In this document: positions 25,740 through 39,000 of the stretch, piece by piece | Layout: each line of letters begins with the position of its first letter | Position numbering within the stretch: position 1 is the first letter of the stretch | DNA from: Oikopleura dioica | Taxonomy: Eukaryota; Animalia; Chordata | NCBI GenBank assembly: GCA_907165135.1 | Contig: OU015567.1 | Coordinates: 3,658,001 to 3,722,000, forward strand | Length of the DNA: 64,000 nt | Reading direction: 5' to 3' | Notes under the pieces: generated by a model | What the model saw: only the letters and a program-made list of their open reading frames with translations | What the model was told of the DNA's origin: nothing | The model's database searches: none | Position numbers and translations under genes: made by a program

Positions 25740-27151
25740 GGTTGGGTCTGGTCATGGCCAGTTATCGCGGCGCCAAGATGATGCTTCTCGGGACAACGGC
25801 CACTCAAAGCGTGTTTTGACGGGAAGTCTTGTCAATGGCGCTCTCACCAAGTGCCGACCAAGATTCGAAAAATATGATAAATTGACATTTACCAGCAACA
25901 ACTGCATTGCAAATCTCTTTCTCGCGGATTAACTTGTCTAGCGCTAGAATCTAAGAAAATAACTGCGAAAGATAACAGTGAGCTTAGCTCTCTTGGCCAG
26001 CTGGGTCCACTTGCAGGTGTTAGTTAGGCTCATAAAATCCTGCTTAGACGATGTTTTCATTTTTGAGCCCGAAAAATGAAGACTAAAAGTTAAAAAAATA
26101 TTTTGAAAAATTGAAAAAAATAACCAAAAAAATCCGTATTGAAAATTTTTTGCTTCGCTATCTGTCAATTCTAGAGATAGCAAAGACAAAAGCTTCTTTC
26201 TTTGATTCTGTAAGCACGTGATAGCCTGATCAGTAGCTCGACCTGTGCGTTGCTGAATAAGTAGCTCTCAGATGTGCGCGGCGGCGCATAAAATAGGATG
26301 AATAATCCACCTGTGCCCGCTTCTTCTGCGGAATTATCCGGAAGAACTTGAAATTTCCGCTTTTTTTTCTTAATTCCAACTTTCGTTTTTCGCGAAATTG
26401 GCGTCGATTTTATCTCACGCTTGTTATGAGGACGATTCAGGAAGCGATAAGTGAAGGAACTTTCCCACAATTGGAATGTCCGGGAGAAGGGCTCGCTTCT
26501 TGGGCTGATAAAATGTAGCAGGAGGCAATTAAAATTTTGCAAAAAAATGGTCTCAGATGATTTTCTTTTTCACTTGAAAAAGAAGGTTTTCGGGAATGGA
26601 ATGCAACACTTGAAATATTCGGGTTTTTGTAATATTCGTCCATTTGCTTGGCCGTGCATTATTTGAGCAATACCGAGCTGCGAGGAGGAATGCGCCTGTT
26701 TATCGCGTTGGGACAGGTTTGATTAATTGAGAAGCCCTTGCGTCGCGGCAGACCGCGGCATCAACACCACCAACGCCGGTAGCGAAAACGTTGCATTTTT
26801 CAACACTGATTGATTTTCAACAATGATTATGATCGAAACGCCCGGCTGCGGTTTTTCAAAAAGTATGGTTTAAGAAGCCTTCAATCAAATGAATTTTTTT
26901 TTAATAAAAAAAAGAGCTCAGGAAACCGCTTTTTTAATCAACATGGTCAGGTGATAGCAAGGAAGAGTACAGCATTGCAGATCTAATCGGTGAACGAGCA
27001 ACTAAAAATAACAGTAAAAAAATCTGCTTTCAAGCGCTAGAATCAAACCTCGCTGTCGTTCGTATGGCAATAGCGTCATTAAATTTCTCCTGTAATTACT
27101 GTACATTGCCTCGGAAGCAGAAACGATCGCAAAAAGCTTGAAAAAGTTCAT
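25740..27151 (-). CDS. Possible multi-exon secreted protein, unknown function
   Basis: First exon MNFFKLFAIVSASEAMYSNY... is signal-peptide-like, and several downstream stop-free exon-sized blocks exist. No consistent splice model was established. Confidence 0.3.
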
Positions 27152-27583
27152 TTTTATTTTTTTTCTCTTCTTGATGATGGGTCTAAGTGAATATCTGGCG
27201 CAGCTGTGAGCTTTTATACGAGAAAAATTAATCAACCTTGCGGTTCTTGTTTTGTCAATTATTTTTTAATAAACGACAAAAGCCAAGAAGCGTCATTGAA
27301 CTAGCACAATAAATTATTGTCAATAATTGCTTCTGTTGGAAACACTCTGACTTTCAAAATTGCAGTTTAATATTCATCAACTCTTGATTTGGAGGTCACA
27401 GTGGCAATTTTTCAATAACTGAATCTTGGTCAGAAAATAGAGCTCATCTTCCGAAGTATTTCAGTTATAAATCGCTAGTTACTCAAAATATTGAAATCAT
27501 AAAATAAACCGATGCTTCATTTTATTGATTTGAACTTTTAAAAACTTAGTCTTTCTATTCAGAATTTACTTTCCGAAGCGAAG

Positions 27584-30500
27584 ATGCCAGAGTTTTCTGT
27601 CCTTTTTGATTTCTGGCAAAGATTGTTCGACCAGATTGATGGAAATAAAGCTTCAGAGAATGACATAATTGCGCTTACTCCTGCTAGATTTCTTCTTTTT
27701 GATTCAATTGTGGCCAAAGAATCAACAGAAAAAATCTTTGCTTCTTTGGATTTGTATCGAAATGTCAACCAAATGATTGATTCTTTTCCTCAGATCAACT
27801 CGATGCTTAGCGGGGAAGAAAAAGATCTCTTCGACAATTTTAGAAAACTGGAAGATGAGCTGTTCAGTTTAGAAAACATCGAAGACATGACTTACGTTCC
27901 TGGTGGCTACTCAGGCCTTTATCTCGCCGTGAATATGCGAAATAAGCCAACGAGGTATTCGCATAAACAAGTCGATGAAAGACTCCTGGAAGAGCTCATG
28001 AGTGTAGACATGGATAGAGGAACTCCTGCCAGCCACATTTTTGTCGTCGCAGCCTTCAATCATCATTTGGATCTTTTAACAAGCTCCTTTTGGAATAAAT
28101 GTAATTTCAAGCACGCAATATTTGATTCATCAATTTTTCAGTTTCAATCGACTGGAACTATTCCATCGGGCGGCACACCGTGTTCATGGCGCCAAACGAG
28201 TTCATTCGCCGGATTCTCGTCAACAATCCATATTCAAAGGAAGATATTTATCAGCTGGTTCATAAGATGGATGATACGTACTGCATTCTCCTTGATCAAG
28301 TGCTCGAAACTGTTCCTTGCTCGAAGGTGTGCGAGATAATTTCAAAGCCAAATCTCGTCGGATACACAAGCGTATTTTACGCAACCAGGATGTGCTATCG
28401 TTTTACGAAAATGCTCCTTGACCGGTTACCTGAGCTCGAATTTAATCAAACTTGCTTCTTTGGAAACACAGTTGGACTAATTTTCACGCCCCTCATCGGC
28501 CGTATTCTTGAGCGAGGCATGAACCCCTTCATCATTCCAAGATATCGCCGAGTCCCGGAGAACTTCAACTTTGAAATTAAAAATTCAATGTTTGAAAAAT
28601 ACCCAGAACTCAGAGATATTCACGATCAGATTTTGAATCAAAAGGAAAAGTATTTTCTTTCGAGCCAATACGATGTTTTCAAGAAAGAAGTTCATGCACA
28701 AGCAGATATGAAGAAGCTGGAGCAAAAATTGGTAACAGGTTATGATAATCAAGCAGAGTTGCAAATTTTGATTATTTTTTCTGAGCTGAGCTGAGCTGAC
28801 CTGAGTAAAAATTTCTCTGAGCTGAGCTGAGCTGGCCTTTTTCAGAGGTCATTGAGTGGAGCTGAGCTGAGCAGACTTTTTGTTTAAGGATATAGCCTGT
28901 AAAATTCAACTTTCGTAGCGGCTAAACGCGAGGTCGGATCTTTTCATTTCAAGTACAATCCTACCTAAAAATGGACGGAGAATTCAATTTTGGTACTTTT
29001 TTAAAAAATTTTACTTGAATATTTCTCTCTAGAGCGATTTGAAATCTTACGATCGCGATTCCTCGAAAATTTTTCACTAAATCGGTCGAGTTTTTTGGAT
29101 AGATTGGTTCTTTAGACCTTTATCTACAAAATTGACGGTTTAGTTTTCTCTAAGTCCGAAAGAAACCGATTTTACAGCCATTTCCATGAGGCTAACTCAG
29201 CGCGCAGAAGCTATGAAAAGCGCTGCGCTCGGTGCTCGCTCTCTCGCCTCCTCTTTTCCGGGAGAGCGCGCGTGTTTTTGCGAGCGCTCTGATTGGCTAC
29301 ACGCGATAAAGCGCGCAGGGAAGAAAATCAAAAGCAAGAAAGAGGAGAATACTAGAATGAAAACATGACCGAGTTTGAGAGTTTTATTCCCTCAATTTTC
29401 TAGCTTAGCATCATGACAACAGAGAACACGGTTTAATTTTAGCAAATTAATGGAAAAATTTTGAGAAATCGCGATCGTAAGATTTCAAGTCGCTCTAGAG
29501 AGAAAAATTTAGGTGAAATTTTTATAAAATATACCAGAATTAAGTTTTTCGTGCATTTTTAGGTAGGATTGCTTTTGAAATGAAAAAGATCCGACCTCGC
29601 GTTTAGCCGCTACGAAAGTTGAATTTTACAGGCTATATCCTTAAGAGAGTTGAGCTGAGCTGAGCTGAGCGGACCCTAATAAGAGCTGAGCTGAGCTGAT
29701 TCAGCTGAGCTGGGATGTTTTTTACTGTCTTTTGGTAGTAAAATCGTATTCAAATTATTGAGCTGAGCTAAGCCAAATGAAAGTTTTCTGAGCTGAGCTG
29801 AGCAGAACAGATCAAATTCAAAAAGAATTGAGCTGTGCTGAGTGAAAATTCTCTGAGCTGAGCAGATCAGATCATTTTCCAAAATCACTGAGCTGAGCTG
29901 AGCGACTGTTCAGCTCACTCAGCCAGCTCAGCTCAACTCTCTCAGCTCAGCAAATTTGCAACTCTGTAATCAGGATTGCCTCTTACAACATTTTATTCTT
30001 CCTGGTACGACATTGATGGCGAAGAAGCAACGCAAAGGATAAAATCAATGCGCTATTTTCCCGGAAAACTTATTCAAAAACAGAAAAACTCGGAGAAGGA
30101 GGACAAGGCTCCGTTTTCAAATGTCTCTGGCACGGAAAAAATGCTGCGGCCAAGTTCATCAAAAGCAAAGACGTCGATTTGGGAAAGTATGTCATGCAAA
30201 AAGGATCAGGCGGGGATAAGAGCATGGAACAATTCTTCACAGGCCAAGCGTCGGAGTTTTATATAGGATTGAAAATTGACCACCGAAATGTTCTGAAAAT
30301 GTACGACTTTTTTCTGCAGCATGAAAATGGACTGAATGAATTTGTCATCGTCAGTGAGCTTTGCGAGAAAACACTGCTGCAGGATGAGTTTTCCATGAAG
30401 TCATTTATCCGTTATTTTCGAGAGGTTAATAAGACGTATTCTTTGTTGATTTCAAAACAATTTTTTAGGTAAATGCGGCAATCAAAGCAATCGGAGAACA

Positions 30501-32272
30501 AGGACTTTGCCATCGAGATATCAAGCCGCAGAATATCTTGCTCAAGCGAAACGAACACGGGATATTGTCTGTAAAAGTCGCCGACTTTGGACTGAGTGGA
30601 TTTTCCGGAGGAACTCCTCTTTACAATCCGCCCGAGTCGACGACAGGATCGATTCCCTTTGCCTCGGATATTTACTCCCTTGGAATAACGATGCTTTTCA
30701 CGCTCTTTGAATCAGACCTGGCATTCAAGATGTATCTCATGCCAGGTTTGCAAAAAGAGAATAATTAAATCATAAGTTCTTTTTTCTTTAGGAAATCGAC
30801 CAAATATAAAAAAGAAGTTGGCGAAATTCAACTCCATTTCTTTCATATCAAAGATGATTGCTGATGATTACAAAAAACGCCCAACTGTAGACGAAGTTGA
30901 TGATTTTCTATGTACAACAGGGCTTTGGGAAATTACTGCAAGTGATAGCATGAAGATCACTAAGGAGGATCTCGGAATATCCAAAGAAATTAATGCCATA
31001 ACCTCAACCACTGTATTTGATCATCATAATACCCAAAAGTAAAAATAATTAAGATCGGTGGCGATATTCAGCGAAGGGCAGCAAAATTCCAAAATGACGC
31101 GTTTTCTACCTTGTTGTTTCAAGAAACAGCTACTAATGCAAACTCCTATTCGACATTCTTTCAAGGAACAACTGAAGTTTCAAAGATGATAAGTCGAACA
31201 ATCCATGACCAAGTAAGCGCAAGATTTTTTCAATTATTTCATAGTTCAAGGGCGACTCTTTCAAATGCTGGGCTTTTGCGACAGCAAGCATGATTCGTTC
31301 ATCGCTCAGAGAAGCGATCTTAAATTCGAGGAGGATCGACAACTTTGAGAAGGAAGAACTTCTTGAATCGATAAAGTCAATCGATCATAAGGTACTTTTA
31401 GTATACCTAGATAATGATTATGCAGAGTGCTCAGCTTCTCCGTTCGGAATTGATGATGAATGTTATTCCTACAAAAGTCCATGCAAATTCCGAAGAAATT
31501 CAGTCGGCGATGCTTCATCACGTCATGAGAAGACTCACGGAGCCGACTCTGCTCCAGAAAGAAGGTCAGTAGACAGTCTACACACACACGTAGGATAATA
31601 AAATACCAAGGCATCTTCATGCTTGGCTGTCTGCGAGGAATATTCAAAAAGCTTGAGCCCTTCGAGGTGAAGCTGAATCTCTTTGCTCATCCAACCGACT
31701 ACGATCGATTTCCGGTTTGATTTTCTGACCCGTATAGGATTTAATTTGTTCTCTAGAAGAGTTTATCAGAAAGTGGCGTGGTTGGCGACTTCATCAATGC
31801 GCTTGAGGAGAAAAAAGTCCTCGTTTGCCCTGTTAGGTAAAAAAACAACGCAGATAAAAAAGTACAAAAAACTTAGGATGGGAAAATCGTCAATCAAACA
31901 CGCAATGTGTCTATATGGATTCAACGAAGACTCTGATTTTTTGTTCAAAAACACGTCAAATGAAACGAAGACCATTGCGATTCCACTGACAAAAGGCGAG
32001 CCTAAAATTGGATATCACATCTGTTTTCAAGAAACGGTGAGCAAAACTGCGCCGCAATAAATTTCCTCAATGAGTACCATATTTCATCCTTGGTTAGGGC
32101 AGTCTGCGTTGTCTTTTTCTTTGAATCTGCAGCCCAAATTATCATGTCTTTTCATCATATTTTTCCAGACAAGGTCATTTACTCCACTGCAGTTAATCGA
32201 TGGTTTAATCAAACAACTAATCACCCTCCTTTCTTCCTTAACTACGACTTGATTATGAGGTGCTTAGAATAA
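27584..32272 (+). CDS. Ankyrin-like repeats + protein kinase + papain-like (C1-type) cysteine peptidase fusion, multi-exon
   Basis: ANK-like [22 protein letters not shown] and [12 protein letters not shown]...KMLLD; kinase [50 protein letters not shown]; peptidase HDQ|[26 protein letters not shown]. Introns 28100-28141, 30425-30468, 30746-30791 and 31213-31244 keep frame. Confidence 0.8.
28754..29966. mobile_element. hAT-type MITE (CTGAG family) in an intron, carrying a nested insertion
   Basis: Same TIR as 10673-10884 (CAGAGTTGCAAATTT / AAATTTGCAACTCTG). 8-bp TSD TAATCAAG/TAATCAGG (7/8 match). (CTGAG)n runs. Confidence 0.85.
28888..29640. mobile_element. Kolobok-like non-autonomous element with ~190-bp TIRs
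   Basis: TTAA at 28884-87 and 29641-44; termini GGATATAGCC...GGCTATATCC. A TTAA TSD with 5'-RR ends is the Kolobok signature. GC-rich core with a CCAAT box. Confidence 0.8.
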
Positions 32273-32386
32273 GAGAATTTTAAAAAAGCAGCAACTGAGA
32301 AAAAGCATGAATTTTTCGGATTTGGATCCCTGCAGCGGTAACTTTTTGAGTTTTAAATCAAGGAAGACACTTTTTTAGGAAATGAC

Positions 32387-34042
32387 ATGGCCGTCATCGA
32401 CTATGATTTCATCGCGAAATCGGTGATTTCTGTCCTCGGAATCGCAGCTTTTATTGGAATTGGCGGCAACTTCTTCATATTGATTGTTTTGAGCTATTCT
32501 AGTTCAAAGAACCCTATCAGCATTCTTCTCATTAACTTGGCCGTGGCAAATATCGTTTTTCAAATAATAGTTTTGCCTTGTCAAATTGCCGTTTACTGGT
32601 TCCCTTATTGGAAATTGGGCAGAGTGTTGTGCAGAGTCTCGTTTTTTACCGAAGATATGGCCTCATCTCAGGTACAAAATCTTGATTTTGCCTTATTATC
32701 GACAAACATCAAAAACCATAAGCAATGAAGGAATTCTTTTATAAATAATATTTTGCGACTCATTTCCCTTTTGATTCCTATCAACTAAGTTTTTTCGCAA
32801 CAGTGTTAGTGTGAGCAGCAGTCGATTGTCATCTACATTTACCCATTTAATATCAGTCCGCATTCATCCTTGTCCTGATCGCGCTTGACCGGTTCTTATC
32901 AATCGTCGGCGTCAACGGAAAACATAGAAGACTCCCCAACCCAACACTCCTCGTCACAATTTGCTACATCGTCTCAATCTCCGGCGCTTTTCCAACCTTC
33001 CTCGGAGTCGATCAATTCGAATTTTCCCTCAACCAAACCTCCTCTGGGCAAAAGTACTGTGGTCCTGTTGTGGAATGGTTCGAACGAGTCAGACTCATCA
33101 GGACAATTTTTTGCTTCTTTTTGCCGGTCATTTTCATAATTATTTGCTATATTCCGGTTTTGAAGAAAGTGAGGGATCATTTTACGACGATGGAAAAGAA
33201 GAATGTTTCGGGCAATAATTCTAGACCGAGGAAAAAAGTGCTGAGACTCATTGTCGGACTGATGACCTGCTTCGTCTTATCATGGCTGCCTTATCACATC
33301 GGGAAGATCATCAGTCACGTGGTTGATCCAGAAAAACTCGTCTGTAGCTCCTTTCACCTTTACTTCGTCATTCTATCCCAATCAATGGCTCAGATCGGCG
33401 GCTGCTTCGACCCAATAATTTATGAACGGCTTCTCATAAACGCTCATCATGAACAAATTACTTTTTGCAATTGCTCTTTCTAAAAAGCCAGATGATTAGT
33501 TTTTCTCATCAACAGAGTTTCAAAAAGATATCAGGAAAATATTAACCTGTCAGCTGTCTGGAATATCTAATTTTTCATCTGGTAAAGAAAAAAATAATCA
33601 GTTCACGTGGAGAATCATTTCTTTTTAGAGTTGGAGAATGGTTGCTACGAAAAACGACGCCTCTTCAGTAGAATCCGGAGTAGCTTCAGTAAGGACATTC
33701 TTTTCTTTCGAATCTGACAGTTACTTCAAGATGCGATGATGTCCCCAATAATCACTCCCTTCCAAAGTCGAAGAGACTCTGCCCCAAAGAAAAAGCAAGA
33801 AACCCCGCAATATGGCAGAGTTCTCTCCCCAATCGGTAAGCTCATCCCGATAATTGGTCAACTTCATCATCCTTTCTCAAGATTGTCATTCTGCAAGAGC
33901 TTCTCCAGAGGGCCCTAGAACCCCACCAAGGCTCCTGTCGATCAAAAAGACTATCACGAGGACAGAAACAGAGGTCAAAGTCTATGAAGTACAAGCAGAT
34001 GATCTTCAAAAATATGAACAGATTTTGAAATCTGATCTGTAA
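32387..34042 (+). CDS. Class A (rhodopsin-like) peptide-receptor-type GPCR
   Basis: GIGGN (TM1), INLAVAN (TM2), WKLGRVLC, intron 32672-32856, LIALDRF (TM3), FFLPV (TM5), SWLPYH (TM6), FDPIIY (TM7), EFQKDIRKILTC (helix 8), Ser-rich tail. Confidence 0.9.
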
Positions 34043-34508
34043 ACCAAACACCATAAAATACGAATAAGTCGTTTCAATAAATTTTTTTATCACTGTGAAT
34101 GATCGATAAATAAAACTAAGCGGCATTTGTACTCTAGGCGACCTTACCCGGGAACTACTTATGCTATTATAACTACTATTTATGGCTACTGTAACAGCTA
34201 AGATACATATCTTCAATTCGGAACGAAACCGTATAAAAGAAATTTGTAATTATTAAAACAGGATAAACTCTTTATTGTCCAATATTTACAGAAAAATGAA
34301 AGAGATAAGTCTTGTTCTATAGACAGAGAAATTAAGCATGAAAATATACAGAGACTAAGAGTATTCAGATTGGGGAATTATGTAACAGGGAGGGAAAAAA
34401 GCTTGAGGTTTGAAAGCATCTCACGTTTTGTCAGGGCGACTGAAGCAGGCTTTTCTTCTGACATCTTGCAACGTGCTTGAAATGGATAACATCCGGCCTT
34501 TTGACGAT

Positions 34509-34899
34509 TTAAAAGGGATTACATAAAAGTCGATGAATTTTGACAAGGGATTTGAAGAAATCAAAGACCGTTTCTTCTACCACAAAAATTTTCATTTTGC
34601 ATTTTATCCATTCCTGTTTTTGTTGAAAATCATTAAATTTACATCACCAGATTCTTGTTTTTCAAAGATTCGAGCTTTTCACTTCTCCAATTGAACCAAG
34701 TAAGCCATCTTTTCGGATGATCTGGGTTTCTTCGCCCGTCATTACGACAAAGGTCATCCTGTCGCTCGATAACTTTCATTAGAATCTCCATTATTTTCGA
34801 AGTCGTAGTCGCAGTTTCGATTTGAATTCGGTAGAGGGAGGGAATTTCGGATGATTCAAGGGCGGCTCCTTGCTCAATCGCGCATTTTCGAAGTTTTTC
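34509..34899 (-). CDS. Probable 3' exons of a small gene, unknown product
   Basis: cag|EKLRKCAIEQGAALE...KNKNL|intron|EWIKCKMK...CNPF* reads in frame across a short GT-AG intron. Confidence 0.45.
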
Positions 34900-36060
34900 C
34901 TGAAGAATAATTTTTAGGGATCATAATTTGCTTCTAGATTGAGAAAATTTGTATTTTTCCAAATTAAACGAGACGGAAAAAATAAATTTGAAAGAAAAAA
35001 AATTTCATTACTAAGGGGAAAATCTTATTTTTATTGACCATGAAATTTTATAACATCGTCGGGGTAATTGAATTTCTAGAGCTCCTTCTAAGACGAAGCA
35101 AATAAATCCCCATCGTTTTCATTCACTTCAAAGAGCCAATTTTGATTCTCTGTTATAAACCCAATCTTAGAAAACGTACCCCCTTTTGAGAAAATGAAAC
35201 GTGTTTATTATTAGTTAATTTTGAGGACCTCTCACTTTCTTAAGCGTTCTTTCTTTCTTTATTTCTTATCAGATTTGAATATTCCATTTTAATTGCCGAT
35301 CGGACGGCTTTTTTCCCCGCATTTGTTTCTTCAGTTACGTTTTTTCTCGATCTTTTTTCTATCAGATTTTAATTGTTTTTAAGTTCGCTCGAGCCCCAGA
35401 AAGAAGTTTAGCAAAAAACACTGATTGACCAATAAGCGAAGTCGGAGTACAAGAATCCAATTATCCACCTGGGGCTGATCCGTTAATAACTTACCTGTCG
35501 ATCTTTATTGTCGAACACGTTCTCCACAAGAGTCGCAAATTTGGCTATCAGTCGACTGAAAACAAACGTTAGTTTTGACTCAAAACTCAGATGGACACCT
35601 GTAGAGTTTATTCAGATAGATTTTCACTTTATATATATTTAATTGGCTATGATTTAATTTGCCTTTTAGATAATGCAGCTAATAACAGCAAAGAATTAAA
35701 CTTTGGACAACAATACCTAGGCTCTAGAATTAATACAGTCACGTTTTTCGATTGGAAATTGAATCAGAATGGTTTAACCTTTGGAGCCTTTTTTCATCCT
35801 TGACCAATCGGCGGATCAAATTCTCGATCCCCGGTAATGCCAAAAATGATGTTTTATAAACCATCATTATTGGTCAAAAAAGGCGACGAATTCCATAAAC
35901 TAATAGCCTTCTGAAAACCTTGTTCAACCAGCCCTACTGACTATCAATTAGTAGCTCAATTGAGGATTGAGAACCACTCTGAACAAATCCCCACTTTGAA
36001 AAACAGTCAAAGCCTGGCTTGACTCCTCAAGCTGTTAATAATCGAGAGAGATTTGTACTC

Positions 36061-39000
36061 TTACCTTCGAAACGTTTTGTTTCCAGCTTTTTGTTGTCTC
36101 GCGCTGATGAGTCTTTCGTACTTGTGATTGACCAGTTCGATGAAGCCGAGTTCGCTTAATCGGTTTCGTTGCTTACCTCGATTCTTACCTTTATTTTTCT
36201 GTCTTCTTCGGGGTTCTAGAGCGAGTTTTCGAGAGGAAGGATTCAGCGGTCCGAAATCTTCCGTTGTTGGATTTGAGGTAGTTGTCGTCGTCGTCGATGT
36301 CGTCGTCGTTGTCGTTGTGGTAGTCGTCGTTGTGCTTGTGGTCGTTGTTGTACTTACCGTAACAGGCCTCCAATGCATTTTAAAACCATAATGCCCGCCG
36401 CTAAATCCATCAAAAAACACTCCAAATTGCCGCGAATCAATCTTGGTCCACTCTTGATACGGATTCTCCCCGCAGAAGACGCTCAGCATATCGTGACCAG
36501 TGTAGACTTGAATATTGTCGTACAAGCAATCTTCTGTCACTTCGAGCTTTTGGGGGGATAGAGCGCGGTTAATGGAACATGAGATGAGGGAAAATGTTCA
36601 CATTGGTAAGAGGATGAAAAAATGATGGGAAAAAACGGGAGTTTCTTTTGGTGACTTATTTTTCTAGAAAAAAAAGGATTCTGAAAGCTTTGAAAAACTC
36701 AACAGGCTCTATAAAAATCAGGGCTGATGTGGTTTAAATTAGGTAAAGAAATACGATTCGATTACGGGCAGAGCGGTTGCCGGATGAGCGGTCGGACTTG
36801 GTCAGATCGCAGCGGGAGCTTATCGGCCTGCATACGTTGCCGATGTGGTCATAAACTGATTAGAATACATCAAAACGAAAAGAACTTTCGTTTTTTGAAA
36901 GGTTTTTTGAGAATGATAAGAACCCGCCGCGGGATTATCTGTTCGACCAAAAGCTCTGGGTACTCACACACACAGGGGTAGAAACAGCTGGTTGTGGTAC
37001 AATTAGGGGGTACTATCATGACTCATGCGTGGCGAGGGGGACGAAGATAAGGAAAGTTCAAGTTGTCATTAGGGGTTCAAGGGACATCAAATAATGAATT
37101 CAAAAAAATTAAGGCCTTCTCGATAGTTAACTCGATTTTTAGGGGTTCACTTACTAGGGGGTATCTTAAGAAATTGCTTCAGCTCTCAATTTTCACCCTG
37201 GAAATTTTCGAGGCGAAAATGCGAATTGAACCCTTTTCCCCGCCACAAACTGACTTGGAGCTGTCAGTCTTTGATTTGATGTCTCTCTGATAGCTTTGAA
37301 GCTTTCTTTTAACCTTGTTCCGCTAGTGTCACTTTTTTGTCACTTGGTCGGTTCTCTAACCTCTCCTGAAGTCTCGAAACGCGAATTTCGATCTCTTCGC
37401 TGGCCGTCACGTTGTACATGCAGCTTTTTCAATGGTCAAAAATCTGATCGAAAAATTAATTGAGAAATTAGCAAAATTAAGGGATGAGTGTGGAGGGCGG
37501 AGGGAAGAATGAGAAGTAATGAGATTCGAGGGCAGAACCTCTTGACCGGAAATTATGGAATCAGAATTCTAAAACACGTGGCTAAAAAGCCTTTTTAGAG
37601 GGGAACATAAGTTTCGAATTTTTGCAATTCAAAAATCGGAAGGGGGTTATTTTAACAAGTTGTTACTTGTTGGTAGTACCAACTTGGTACTGATAACTTT
37701 TTAGCAAGTAGCTTGTTTAGGAATTCGAATATTTAGGGGAAGTAGATAGAGGTTCAAACGTAATTCTAAGCTGATAAACTAGGGGTTTCAATTTCTAGAG
37801 CTCTAAAGAAGAGCCGAAGAATATCGATTTTCATGTTTTTTTTCAAACAATTAACACATTTGTTTCCTTATTGTTCTTGAAAAGAGGGTAACTTATATCG
37901 CCTTTTATTTTGAAATAAATAAGGGTGTCAATGCATTACTTTTCTTTTTGAAAAAAAAAACTTAAAAATCAATATTTTTTTTATATTTTACGAAATTTCA
38001 GAAAATAAAAAAAATATATCAAAAATGAAAATTTTCATTTTGACCACTTTCCTAGTTCTGGCCATATAAGGATGCTCGCTTTCAAAGTATCCTTCATCGT
38101 CAAAACTGAGTCCGCACTGCGTTGGAATCGCTCCGTAGTAATTGTAATTGTAGTACGAATCGTAGTTTGAAAATAAATCGTCGTAATCCACTGGAGCTGT
38201 TCACACGTTTAATCAAAATGCGCTTATTATCGAAACATGCGGCACGCGCGAAAAGTCCACCCAAATTCCACGTTTTTCGATGCAGTTCTAGGGGCTCTGC
38301 TGGGGCAGGAAAATAAACACGGGCGGGGATCGCTAGTATTTCTTTTTATTAAATTATTTGTGATGGAACTACTAATTTGATGCTTTTATAAAAGATAGAC
38401 ACGATGTTCAAATTGACGAGTGAATAATTAATTATCATTATTTTGGAAAAATAAATTTGACAGAGGATACGCAAACTGTGGCGAAAACTGTTATAAAAAA
38501 GGCTCTATGAAAAGCCGCGTAGCGGCTATTTTAAAATCGAAGCCGCGTAGCGGCTTTGCCTGATTCTCTCAAATTATTCAGAGAGTACTTTTTCAAAGCC
38601 GCTCTGCGGCTTTCTTCTCAATAAAGCCGCTACGCGGCTTTACAAAAAGCTTTTTCAGGACCCTGATTAAAGTTTTCTATACACGGTTTCGAGCCAAAAA
38701 GTTGACTTTCTGCTCTTACTGCAACTTTATAATTGACCCCTTCTTTAAATTTCAAATTGATAAAAAGAAAGAAGAAGAAAAGAAGAAAAAGTTTCTCAGC
38801 GCTAAAAAAGTCAGTGCGCCGAGTACGAGCTGGGATCAGGTCGCGATTATGCGTCATCGGCTGCTCCGGTTTTTAAAATAAACCACTTTCGACCGACTCG
38901 ATGAAAATGAGCTTAGATCCTCAACGGAACCCACTCTAGTTCCTCAAATATTTTAATCATAAATCAAGCATCATTTTCGAAGACTCGAGTCAAAAAATCA

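Noticed and set aside
28754-29966. (CTGAG)n runs and other spaced repeats as a CRISPR-like array
   Set aside because: There are no constant-length repeats with unique spacers. The runs sit inside TIR/TSD-bounded MITEs in eukaryotic DNA, and no cas genes are present.
28739-29973. hAT MITE creating a new intron (introner) using GT 28739 and the TSD AG
   Set aside because: It would leave a 14-nt pre-insertion intron and still need a frameshift before the kinase. The 28732-30037 intron explains the locus without either problem.
30071-30081. Apparent -1 frameshift at an A5 run before the kinase Gly-loop
   Set aside because: The kinase frame is open from 30017, and a frame-preserving acceptor exists at 30037.
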